In this document: positions 44,820-53,236 of the stretch, one piece after another | How positions within the stretch are numbered: position 1 is the first letter of the stretch | Layout: every line of letters starts with the position of its first letter | Source of the DNA: a virus | IMG/VR virus record: IMGVR_UViG_3300045988_130750 | Span: 32,001-96,000 of that record | Direction: 5' to 3' (one strand) | DNA: 64,000 bases | The notes under the pieces: model-generated | Databases searched by the model: none | What the model was told of the DNA's origin: nothing | What the model saw: the letters and a program-made list of their open reading frames with translations, nothing else | Program-made: the position numbers and the translations under genes

Positions 44820-44848
44820 TTGACAAGTTGATGACAACTTGCTATAAT
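44820..44848 (+). promoter_or_regulatory. Promoter of the MazF-like operon with palindromic operator
   Basis: TTGACA at 44820-44825, a 17-nt spacer, TATAAT at 44843-44848. Inverted repeat CAAGTTG-ATGA-CAACTTG at 44824-44841. A second inverted repeat, TATGTCA...TGACATA, lies upstream. Confidence 0.65.
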
Positions 44849-44904
44849 GCAAACTATCAAAGGTAATCCAAAGTACATAAACACAAAAGAGAGGAGGAGT
44901 ACAT

Positions 44905-45285
44905 ATGGATTTACAGAGATACGACATAATAAAGGCAAAAATTAATTATGAAGGAAATTCAGTACAAACGAATGAAAGACCTTATGTAATAGTAAGTAAT
45001 CCATTGGGTACAAAATATGCTCCGATTATAACAGTGATGCCTTTGACAAGTAAGATTAAAAAGACAAACATGCCTTGTCATGGATGTATTCAAGCAAATG
45101 AAAATAATGGATTAACATTATATTCTATGGCATTAGGTGAGCAGATCACAACAATCTCAAAAGATGAAGTGATCTCAAAAATTGGAACTATTACTGATGA
45201 TAAAAATAAAAGAATGGTAGATAAAGTATGTTTTAATTCTTTATTTTTTGGAACAGACTACAAGCTTGAGGAGGTAATGGCATAA
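44905..45285 (+). CDS. MazF/PemK-family endoribonuclease toxin
   Basis: YDIIKAKINYEGNSVQTNERPYVIVSNPLGTKYAPIITVMPLTSKIKK matches the PemK pattern (G..RP.v.vS....v.v.PlTs). Confidence 0.75.
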   Translation: MDLQRYDIIKAKINYEGNSVQTNERPYVIVSNPLGTKYAPIITVMPLTSKIKKTNMPCHGCIQANENNGLTLYSMALGEQITTISKDEVISKIGTITDDKNKRMVDKVCFNSLFFGTDYKLEEVMA

Positions 45286-45551
45286 TGTATGTAGATAAGG
45301 AAGTAGCAAAAAGGATAATTGATGAGGCTCCTGGTAAAATATGGATAGATTCATTTAATGGTATTACCTTTATTCATACAAGACCAAGACAGATAACTGT
45401 TGACGAAGGAAAGAGAATAATAAATAAGGCAAACACAATTGATTATCAAGATAATGATTTCTTTGGATTGCTTTCGCTGGATGGAGTGCAGGAATTTATT
45501 GTGCATAATATTAAGTTTCCTCAACATTCCAATGATATTTGCAAGTCCTGA
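45285..45551 (+). CDS. Hypothetical protein translationally coupled to the MazF-like gene
   Basis: 88-aa ORF with an ATAATG stop/start overlap. Confidence 0.65.
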   Translation: MYVDKEVAKRIIDEAPGKIWIDSFNGITFIHTRPRQITVDEGKRIINKANTIDYQDNDFFGLLSLDGVQEFIVHNIKFPQHSNDICKS

Positions 45552-45833
45552 AAATTGGACAGTCAATATAATATAATGCAAACAAAGAATGAAAAGAACG
45601 CTTTAATTGAAAAACTTAACGCAACAAAAAAGTTAGTAAACAGAAAAATTTGTTGCATTAACTTTTGCAGAAGAAAATGCGAGCCGCTATTTTGGCATGT
45701 AAACAATTAAGCATTTTTCAACAGTTTTAATCGAATTATATCACATAAAATACCAAAAAAACAGAAAATACAATGTTGAATGTATTAGAAAACCTTTTGA
45801 TTTTGCACTGAGTTTTTCATTTAAGGAATAAAA

Positions 45834-45887
45834 AGAACGTATGTACGAAAAAAAGTAATTGACAAATACGAACATATGTTCTATATT
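45834..45887 (+). promoter_or_regulatory. LexA-boxed sigma-A promoter
   Basis: AGAACGTATGTACG at 45834-45847. TTGACA at 45859-45864. A perfect CGAACATATGTTCT at 45869-45882 fills the spacer. TATATT at 45882-45887. Confidence 0.7.
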
Positions 45888-46095
45888 ATTCTTATAAAAA
45901 ATAAATATTGCAGTCTAACAAAATACAAACGGTATTGGCGTACCTCTTTTGATAGACTGCAAAGTAACACATATAGCAGAATTAAATTCCGCTTGATATT
46001 ATTGTACATAGATTTTATTAGAAAGTCAAGTTTTTAAACAATCAAGCATTTCTGCTAAATATTTCATATTTTACAATTTTAATTAAGAAAATTAT

Positions 46096-46167
46096 AGGAC
46101 TATCGCCAAGCGGTAAGGCACAGGACTTTGACTCCTGCATTCGCTGGTTCGAATCCAGCTAGTCCTG
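46096..46167 (+). tRNA. tRNA-Gln: tRNA-Gln (anticodon UUG)
   Basis: Acceptor AGGACTA/TAGTCCT, anticodon arm CAGGA-CTTTGAC-TCCTG, T arm CTGG-TTCGAAT-CCAG. Confidence 0.9.
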
Positions 46168-46204
46168 TTATATAATTTTACACTAAATCAAAAAAGAAAG
46201 AGGA

Positions 46205-46822
46205 GTGATAATATTGGCACAATATGTTATTACAGATGGTTCTCGTTGGATTATGAAAGATAAAAATGGGAAATTTGTTCCCACATCTTGCGAACCGCTG
46301 GCTGATGTATTTGGTAATAAGGAAGTTAATTCGGTGTATCAAAACAATTTGCCGAAGGCATTGAAATCGGTCTTTCATATCGAGAAGATTGATAAGCCTC
46401 CAAAGTTGGTAAAGCAAATTACACATGCGGAAGTACAAGAGAATACAGAAACGGTGTCGGTTGCAGAAAATATCCAATATTGGGTAGATAAGGTATCTGG
46501 TTTGAATGGACTTGCTGCTGAAGCATTACATAGAAAAGAAGAATTGATTAATCAGTTAAGTGAAGTTGATAAGGAACTTTGCGATATTAATCATTACATA
46601 GAATTTTGCAACTTAAATGCAGCTCAGGGTTATAAAGCATACAAAATGATCAAGGATCGGAGAATAAAGAGACGAAGTATTAAAAATGAGTTGGATGTTC
46701 TTAGTATTATTCTTGGAAAGAAAATATCTGAATCTGTCAGTGATGAATTACAAAAGATGATTAACGGATTAGATGGAAGAAAATATGAGCCAAGAGTAAT
46801 GAATGAGTTATTCGATTTCTAA
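46205..46822 (+). CDS. Hypothetical coiled-coil protein
   Basis: 205-aa ORF with AAGAGGAG SD. The start is either GTG 46205 or TTG 46214. Confidence 0.7.
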   Translation: MIILAQYVITDGSRWIMKDKNGKFVPTSCEPLADVFGNKEVNSVYQNNLPKALKSVFHIEKIDKPPKLVKQITHAEVQENTETVSVAENIQYWVDKVSGLNGLAAEALHRKEELINQLSEVDKELCDINHYIEFCNLNAAQGYKAYKMIKDRRIKRRSIKNELDVLSIILGKKISESVSDELQKMINGLDGRKYEPRVMNELFDF

Positions 46823-46836
46823 ATGAGGTGATAAAA

Positions 46837-47010
46837 ATGATTTGTAGAGATTGTCGTATTCCAATGCAAAATATAATGTCATTTTCATCGGACAAGCATG
46901 AAAAGTTTTGCAGGTGTCCGAAGTGTTTTGGAGAAACCAAGCACACAAAAATCAAAGATGATGACTTAGATTTTGTAGAAGTATTACATAGGGAAATGAA
47001 CAGGAAATAA
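46837..47010 (+). CDS. Small zinc-ribbon protein
   Basis: ATG at 46837 after TGAGGTGA. MICRDCRIPM...CRCPKCFGE. Confidence 0.65.
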   Translation: MICRDCRIPMQNIMSFSSDKHEKFCRCPKCFGETKHTKIKDDDLDFVEVLHREMNRK

Positions 47011-47016
47011 TGTAAG

Positions 47017-49125
47017 GTGGTGTATCAAGTGAACAAAATAGAACTTAACAAAGAACAACTCGCCATAATTGATGAGTATTGTTGCGATGGGATGAAGAAA
47101 CTAAAGAAGTTGTGCGATCCAATTATTATGAAAATTGGTGGGATTAGTGAAAAGGATCACGATGATATTTACAGTTTGGCGCAGTTTCTTCTATATAAAA
47201 GTGTGAAGAATTATGACAAGGATAATGCAAATGGAGCTTCATTTAAGACATTTCTTTACAATATTCTTAGTCGAAGAATTTATGCTACTTATATCAGAGA
47301 TAAGAACCGTCAGTGCCGAAGCAACACGAGAATCGGTAAGAATGGAGAAGTGATATTCATTCCAGATGTTTCGCTTGATGCAGCTACAGAAGAAACACAA
47401 GATATTAAAGAAAAAATTGCATCAGATTATAACGTAGAGGATGCGAGTGAATTTGATTTTACGGTTGATGAGAATGTTGAGAATTTTATGTCGTCATTAA
47501 GTAATATTCAAAGAAAAATACTTGAAATGAAAATGAAAGAAATCCCAACTGATAAGATTAGGTCAGAATTAGGGATTTCAGCAGCTAGGTATGCAAAAGA
47601 AATGGAATCTATCAAACTTAATGAAGGACTGTTAGTGTTTACGAAGAATAGAAAAGAATTTATCGAGGAGGATATGCATATGGAAGAAAGAGTAATGGGA
47701 ATTAGCGAGTCTGAAGGATATAGAATGGATAAGTATTCTATGTTTTCTTTACTTGATATGAAGAAAACAGGTGATATTAACTGTAAGTATATCTTACAGA
47801 GAAAGCCTTTTCAGTGGAGTAACGAGGAGAGAAACAGATATATTTGCAGAATTCTTTCTAATCTTCCAATTCCAGAGATTATTCTTTGTGAACAAAATGT
47901 AAAAGGCATGACGATTTCTCATTTGATTGATGGATTACAACGTTTGTCATATGCTGAAGCATTTAAAGAGAATCATTTCAAGGTTGGAGAGACAGGAGCT
48001 GAGAGGCATTTAATTCAGTATAGAGAGTACATTCATGATGAGAACGGAAATAGAGTTCTTGATGAAGATGGTATCCCAGAATTTGAATTAAAGGTGTGTG
48101 ATATTGTTGGAAAATCATATAAGGATTTGCCTGATGAATTGAAAAAGAGATTTAATAATTTCAATATCAATGTTACAAAATTTTTTAACTGTACAAATGA
48201 ACAGATTGCCGACCATATTCGAGATTACAACAATCACTCAGCTATGAATAATGAACAGTCTGGAATTGTATCAATCTCAACCGATACTGCAAGAAAGATC
48301 AAGACAATCACTGAGAAGTGTGGATTTTTAAAGAATTGTGGTAAATACACCACTACAAACAGGATCAAAGGTAAACTTGATAGAATGGTTGCAGAGATGA
48401 TTATGTTGCTTTTCCATCCGAATGATTGGAAATCTAATGTAAAAGCTACATATAAATATCTTGACGAAAATGCAAAGCAAGAAGAATTCGATACATTATC
48501 TTCTGAATTGGATATGCTTGAATCAGTGATTGAGAATGCTGGCGATGATATCAATGCAATGTTCACTACTACATATACTCCAATGTGGGTTGCAGTATTT
48601 CATAATTTCCTTACAAGCGGTAAAGATTTACATAATTTTGTTGATTTCTTAAATGCATATAATAGTGAACTTAAAGATACAGAAGTTAATGGTGTTTCAA
48701 TGGCAGATTTTAAGGATCAGCAGTCGAAGAAAAAGGCAACTATTACAGGTAAGGTTGATTTGCTTATTCAGCTTATGAATGACTATTTACATATTAATAC
48801 AACCGAAACAGAGAATGATAATACTGAACTTTCAGATGATACAATTCTTAATTTTGTGAAAGAAAATTATAAACCAGATGCAAATGAAGATGATATTAGT
48901 TTTTATTCTGATTTAGTTGATGATTGTGTAAAAATTGATGAACCTGTATATAAAGAATGCCATGCAGCATTAATTACTCTTATGGCATATGCTTGTTCAC
49001 AAGACAAAGATCAAGATTTTGAAAAATGGATTGATAATTACAAAACTAAGTCTGATTTTAGCCCATCGCAAAAGACCAATTTTACATATATGAAGAGAAG
49101 TTTTGATAATTATCTAAATGTATAA
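47017..49125 (+). CDS. Sigma-70-like N-terminal region fused to a DUF262 (ParB-fold, GmrSD-N-like) domain
   Basis: Region-2-like DDIYSLAQFLLYKSVKNYD...FKTFLYNILSRRIYATYIRDKNR. Region-4-like LSNIQRKILEMKM..IPTDKIRSELGIS. Then ILQRKPFQWSNEERNRYICRILSNLPIPEII...LIDGLQRLS. The start may be GTG 47029. Confidence 0.65.
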   Translation: MVYQVNKIELNKEQLAIIDEYCCDGMKKLKKLCDPIIMKIGGISEKDHDDIYSLAQFLLYKSVKNYDKDNANGASFKTFLYNILSRRIYATYIRDKNRQCRSNTRIGKNGEVIFIPDVSLDAATEETQDIKEKIASDYNVEDASEFDFTVDENVENFMSSLSNIQRKILEMKMKEIPTDKIRSELGISAARYAKEMESIKLNEGLLVFTKNRKEFIEEDMHMEERVMGISESEGYRMDKYSMFSLLDMKKTGDINCKYILQRKPFQWSNEERNRYICRILSNLPIPEIILCEQNVKGMTISHLIDGLQRLSYAEAFKENHFKVGETGAERHLIQYREYIHDENGNRVLDEDGIPEFELKVCDIVGKSYKDLPDELKKRFNNFNINVTKFFNCTNEQIADHIRDYNNHSAMNNEQSGIVSISTDTARKIKTITEKCGFLKNCGKYTTTNRIKGKLDRMVAEMIMLLFHPNDWKSNVKATYKYLDENAKQEEFDTLSSELDMLESVIENAGDDINAMFTTTYTPMWVAVFHNFLTSGKDLHNFVDFLNAYNSELKDTEVNGVSMADFKDQQSKKKATITGKVDLLIQLMNDYLHINTTETENDNTELSDDTILNFVKENYKPDANEDDISFYSDLVDDCVKIDEPVYKECHAALITLMAYACSQDKDQDFEKWIDNYKTKSDFSPSQKTNFTYMKRSFDNYLNV

Positions 49126-49249
49126 CAGAGAATAATTAAGTAAGAAACAGAAATTAGAAATCATCTTAGGACAATCCTCCGATTACATATGTCACTTCTG
49201 ACAATTCTTAAATGTTATTTTTGAAAGTATAATTTCTGTTTATATATAA

Positions 49250-49322
49250 AGCGGATTAGTGTAATGGTTTAGCAAGCAGAGCTTTGACCTCTGAGGTAAG
49301 AGTTCGATTCTCTTATCCGCTG
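49250..49322 (+). tRNA. tRNA-Gln: tRNA-Gln-like (anticodon UUG), divergent second copy
   Basis: Acceptor AGCGGAT/ATCCGCT, anticodon arm CAGAG-CTTTGAC-CTCTG, T arm AAGAG-TTCGATT-CTCTT. The D stem has one mismatch. Confidence 0.75.
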
Positions 49323-49326
49323 TTAT

Positions 49327-49399
49327 GGATCATTAGCTCAGTGGTTAGAGCAGTCGGCTCATAACCGAAAGGTCATAGGTTCGAGTCCTATATGATCCA
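49327..49399 (+). tRNA. tRNA-Met: tRNA-Met (anticodon CAU; could be Ile2 if lysidinylated)
   Basis: Acceptor GGATCAT/ATGATCC, D arm GCTC-AGTGGTTA-GAGC, anticodon loop CTCATAA, T arm ATAGG-TTCGAGT-CCTAT. Confidence 0.85.
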
Positions 49400-49558
49400 T
49401 TATAAATTAAAGAAAGGAGAAATAATATGTCATATTGGACTTATAACTTCTAAATTAAGAAAATTCATTATTGATGGAGATATTGGAAGTGAAGTAGATA
49501 AACTTGCCAAAATTTTTAGACCTGATTTAGAAGAAGATGAGATTATCACAAAAGAGCG

Positions 49559-49831
49559 TTGGATTTTACTGATGCTGTTGATAGTAGTTATTCAATTGAC
49601 AACGTAATTGAGTTAAAAGAATTATTTGACCTTATTTTGTATGATTCGCATAAATTAGGATATGAAGTATATATCGTGGTTTCTGCGAATGAGTATGAAC
49701 TAGCTGCTGATATGAATTGTTTAGATGTTGCCGAAGGTAAATATGTAACATTTGATGAATATGATAATTTTAAAAAGTTCATTATCAAGAGCAGAGAAAA
49801 GAAAAATAAGAGATATAAAGAAAAAGAATAG
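49559..49831 (+). CDS. Hypothetical protein (5' end unresolved, see finding on frame switching)
   Basis: 90-aa track ORF with TTG start. It is in the same frame as the SD-preceded ATG at 49427, but stops intervene. Confidence 0.5.
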   Translation: MDFTDAVDSSYSIDNVIELKELFDLILYDSHKLGYEVYIVVSANEYELAADMNCLDVAEGKYVTFDEYDNFKKFIIKSREKKNKRYKEKE

Positions 49832-49842
49832 GAGATGTAGAT

Positions 49843-50193
49843 ATGGCAAAATTAGAAGGATTTACAAAAGTAGCAGTCGTTAAATATGGAATGTGTCTAA
49901 CTCCGTATTATTTTGCAATTTATGATGATGGCAATGACTATCAGATTGGAGATATGGTTTTGTTTAGCGATTCATCTAACCCTAATAAAATTAATGAAAT
50001 TATTTCTGTAGAAGAATTTGCAAATAGAACAGGTAGAAATATTACAGCAGAGGTTATTGGAAAAGTAGACATTTCTGCTTATGAAAAGCGTGTTGAGCAG
50101 CGTAAGAAAAAAGAACAATTAAAGAAAGAGCTTCAGAAGGAACTCGATGAGAGTATTGCACAAGTAAGAATGAAACTTATGCGGAGATGTTGA
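49843..50193 (+). CDS. Hypothetical protein
   Basis: 116-aa ORF with TAGGAGA SD. Confidence 0.7.
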   Translation: MAKLEGFTKVAVVKYGMCLTPYYFAIYDDGNDYQIGDMVLFSDSSNPNKINEIISVEEFANRTGRNITAEVIGKVDISAYEKRVEQRKKKEQLKKELQKELDESIAQVRMKLMRRC

Positions 50194-50224
50194 AACAGTA
50201 TAAAAGTTTGTAGGAGTTGAAATT

Positions 50225-50500
50225 ATGAATCTTGAAGAAGAAAATATAAAATTAAAAATGGCATTGTTAAATATGATTGAACAGTTTTATGAATGGAAAA
50301 TCACCATAGAAGAAGCAAGAAAATATAATATCAAATGCAATCCAGAAAACGATTATGTTAATTGTTATTTTCATTTATTTGAATCTGCTGGTGAAAAGGC
50401 ATGGCAATTACTTGGGTTAAAAAATCCAATTGTAACTGTAGAAGATTTGTGGAAATTAGAAAAAGAATTAAGAAATAAATATAAGAATTGTAAAGTATGA
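50225..50500 (+). CDS. Hypothetical protein
   Basis: 91-aa ORF with TAGGAG SD. Confidence 0.7.
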   Translation: MNLEEENIKLKMALLNMIEQFYEWKITIEEARKYNIKCNPENDYVNCYFHLFESAGEKAWQLLGLKNPIVTVEDLWKLEKELRNKYKNCKV

Positions 50501-50574
50501 AAACTAAAATAATAGTTAATCATATATAAAATGTAGCTAAAAAGATACAATCATACTAATTTTAAGGAGAAGAT

Positions 50575-50976
50575 ATGAAGTTTAAAGGAATTGAGTTGAA
50601 GAACAATACAGAGGCAGAATTATTTATAGCTATTGAAATTGTTAATATTAATAACGAAGAAGAATTAAAAAAATATGGCAAAAAATTAATGAAAAACATA
50701 TATGATATTCTGAATTATGATAATTGTTATCCTTATATAGAATTTTTAGATTATAATCTTCCGAATGTTCGCTGTGAGGAAATTACATTCGATAAAAAAG
50801 GTGTCGAACTTTTAACAACTATCTATAATGATATTATAGAAGCGAATTTGCAAAATATAAATGTTATGATTGGTGTTCATATTGATGATGGTGAATGGTT
50901 TAAAAGAGAAGATGGTTCTGAATATAATGAAGATGTTGTTACTTTGGAAGAGTTTTTAAATAATATTGAATATTAA
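50575..50976 (+). CDS. Hypothetical protein
   Basis: 133-aa ORF with TAAGGAGA SD. Confidence 0.7.
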   Translation: MKFKGIELKNNTEAELFIAIEIVNINNEEELKKYGKKLMKNIYDILNYDNCYPYIEFLDYNLPNVRCEEITFDKKGVELLTTIYNDIIEANLQNINVMIGVHIDDGEWFKREDGSEYNEDVVTLEEFLNNIEY

Positions 50977-51029
50977 AAATAGCAATCTAATCTTTCTTTT
51001 GGTTATAGAAACAATAAGAAAGGATAAAA

Positions 51030-51182
51030 ATGATGAAAAGAGAATTAGAAGAACTGAATAATAAATATAAAGAAGCATGTATGGAAGATACTAGAAGAGA
51101 ACTGGTTTTAAAGCTAGAGCGATTTATTGACAACGATACCATTCCAGTAATTGGCGATGAGTATATTATGTACTGGAGATAA
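51030..51182 (+). CDS. Hypothetical 50-aa protein (below the track cutoff)
   Basis: AGAAAGGATAAAAATG. Reads MMKRELEELNNKYKEACMEDTRRELVLKLERFIDNDTIPVIGDEYIMYWR*. Confidence 0.5.
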   Translation: MMKRELEELNNKYKEACMEDTRRELVLKLERFIDNDTIPVIGDEYIMYWR

Positions 51183-51229
51183 AACAAGAAATGTGGTTTT
51201 CAAGTGAAGTGAAGTTTGGAGGTGAAATC

Positions 51230-51418
51230 GTGAAGAAAGTGTCAGGATATATTAGTGTTAGAGCATTAGGAACTTATAATTATGAATTTTATGTTGATGA
51301 TGATGCAACGGATGAAGAAATCGAACAGAAAGTAGCAGAGTATGAACAGCTTAGTCATTGGCACGATGTAGAAGAAGGATATGAGACTTATACTGAAACG
51401 AGATATAGAAAAAGATGA
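51230..51418 (+). CDS. Hypothetical small acidic protein
   Basis: GTG at 51230 after TTGGAGGTGA; the track start is 51191. Confidence 0.6.
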   Translation: MKKVSGYISVRALGTYNYEFYVDDDATDEEIEQKVAEYEQLSHWHDVEEGYETYTETRYRKR

Positions 51419-51448
51419 ATGTTTTGCTTCAAGTGAAAGGAGATAACA

Positions 51449-51592
51449 ATGTATAGAGTCGAATGGTTAGATTTTGACGGAGAAACTAAGACAGCTAGAG
51501 GATTTAAAACAAGTGAAGAAGCACATGAATGGATTAGAACACATCATTTCGATGATTCTGAGTTTCCTATGGTGTTTTATGATGGAAAGTAA
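51449..51592 (+). CDS. Hypothetical 47-aa protein (below the track cutoff)
   Basis: AAAGGAGATAACAATG. Reads MYRVEWLDFDGETKTARGFKTSEEAHEWIRTHHFDDSEFPMVFYDGK*. Confidence 0.55.
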   Translation: MYRVEWLDFDGETKTARGFKTSEEAHEWIRTHHFDDSEFPMVFYDGK

Positions 51593-51635
51593 AAACGAGA
51601 AAAGAAATTTCTCTTTCAAATGGAGGTAAAATGTA

Positions 51636-51836
51636 ATGAAAACAGGAGATACTATAGAACTTATAGAAGATACAAGCTTTTATAAAAAAGGTAGAAAAGC
51701 TCATTTTATAAAAAAATCCGATAGAAACCATAATAATATAGAAATTGTATGGTTTGGAGAAGAACATGCATACAAGGAATTTGGAGATGTAGACGAGTAT
51801 CCAATTAAGTTGTTTAAAAAGGTTGATGCAGAGTAA
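51636..51836 (+). CDS. Hypothetical small protein
   Basis: 66-aa ORF with ATGGAGG SD. Confidence 0.7.
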   Translation: MKTGDTIELIEDTSFYKKGRKAHFIKKSDRNHNNIEIVWFGEEHAYKEFGDVDEYPIKLFKKVDAE

Positions 51837-51877
51837 TTATTAATGTAGGAAGAAAATTCGGATTCAAATGGAGGTAA

Positions 51878-52162
51878 ATGGTGTATAAAGAATTAAAACA
51901 AAACGAAAACTTTAATGATACATATTCATCATGGATCATTGCTTATTGTTTAGATACTAATTCGTTTTTTATTACAAATCAGAGACATTTCTTTTGGGAA
52001 TATGACACAGAGTTTTTACGAGAAAGAGATGCTATTGATTATTTTAGAAACCATATAGACGAATTTGCACGAATTAGAAAAGATATTCTTGCGAATTCAG
52101 GAGGCTGGAAGTCAAATAGTGATATTTTTTTAGAAAATACACAAGAACGATTTCCAATATAA
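51878..52162 (+). CDS. Hypothetical protein
   Basis: 94-aa ORF with GTG start after ATGGAGG. Confidence 0.65.
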   Translation: MVYKELKQNENFNDTYSSWIIAYCLDTNSFFITNQRHFFWEYDTEFLRERDAIDYFRNHIDEFARIRKDILANSGGWKSNSDIFLENTQERFPI

Positions 52163-52207
52163 CAGGAAGAAATTCACGTTTCATAGGAAATTTTGGAGGT
52201 TAAGACA

Positions 52208-53236
52208 ATGACAATTGAGCAAATTAAGGACAAATTAAAATCAAAAGAGTATGACTTCCTGAGAACAGATAAGAATTTGGGTGACAATATCATTATCTTA
52301 ACTCTTGGTGGAAGTCATGCATATGGAACTAATAATGAGGGTAGTGACTTAGATATTCGTGGTTGTGCTTTAAATAGCAAGATGCAAATTCTTACAAACG
52401 AGAATTTTGAGCAGTTTGTAAATAATGAAACAGACACGACTATTTATGCATTTAATAAGTTAGTTGCTTTATTAAGCAATACAAATCCTAACACAATTGA
52501 GATGCTTGGAAATAAGCCAGAACATTATTTCTATGTATCTCCTATTGGTCAGGAACTTATTGACAATGCACATTTATTCTTATCAAAAAGAGCTTGTCAT
52601 TCATTTGGTGGATATGCGAATCAGCAGCTCTATAGATTGAATCAGAAAGCAGCACATCAGATGTCTCAGTCAGAATTGGAGAAACACATTTTAAAGACGC
52701 TTGAATTTATGCAGACAGATTTTACAAAGAAATACACACCATATTCAGATGATTCAATGAAGTTATATATTGATAAGGCTGTACAGGAAGGATATGACAC
52801 AGAGATTTTTATGGATGTGAACCTTACTCATTATCCATTGAGAGATTATTGCTCTATGTGGAATGAACTTCAGAACACAGTTCGTCAGTATGGAAAGATT
52901 GGTAAAAGAAATGAGAAAGCTATTGAGCATGGTAAGATTGCAAAACATTCAATGCATCTCATTCGACTTTATATGATGTGCTTAGATATTCTTGAAAAAG
53001 AGAGAATAATCACATATAGAGAAGATGAACATGATTTGCTTATGGATATTCGTAATGGTAAATATCTCGACAGCAACGATCAGCCAATTCCTGAGTTCTT
53101 TGAAATGGTAAATGACTATGAGAAGAGATTGGATTATGCAAAGAAAAATACTAATCTTCCTGACAATCCAGACTACAAGAAAATCAATGAGTTTGTTGCA
53201 AGTGTAAACGAAAGGGTGGTTAAGGGTGAAATCTAA
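52208..53236 (+). CDS. RlaP-like (Pol-beta superfamily) nucleotidyltransferase
   Basis: ATG at 52208 after TTGGAGG. ILTLGGSHAYGTNNEGSDLDIRGCAL is the GS-x-AYG...SDxDxRG signature of the predicted nucleotidyltransferase family linked to RNA repair. Confidence 0.65.
   Translation: MTIEQIKDKLKSKEYDFLRTDKNLGDNIIILTLGGSHAYGTNNEGSDLDIRGCALNSKMQILTNENFEQFVNNETDTTIYAFNKLVALLSNTNPNTIEMLGNKPEHYFYVSPIGQELIDNAHLFLSKRACHSFGGYANQQLYRLNQKAAHQMSQSELEKHILKTLEFMQTDFTKKYTPYSDDSMKLYIDKAVQEGYDTEIFMDVNLTHYPLRDYCSMWNELQNTVRQYGKIGKRNEKAIEHGKIAKHSMHLIRLYMMCLDILEKERIITYREDEHDLLMDIRNGKYLDSNDQPIPEFFEMVNDYEKRLDYAKKNTNLPDNPDYKKINEFVASVNERVVKGEI

Noticed and set aside
4666-49399. Stop-codon recoding with suppressor tRNAs
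   Set aside because: The hand-read anticodons are all sense: CCA, UUC, GUU x2, UUU, UUG x2 and CAU. Long genes on both arms read through without in-frame TAG or TGA, so standard code 11 fits.
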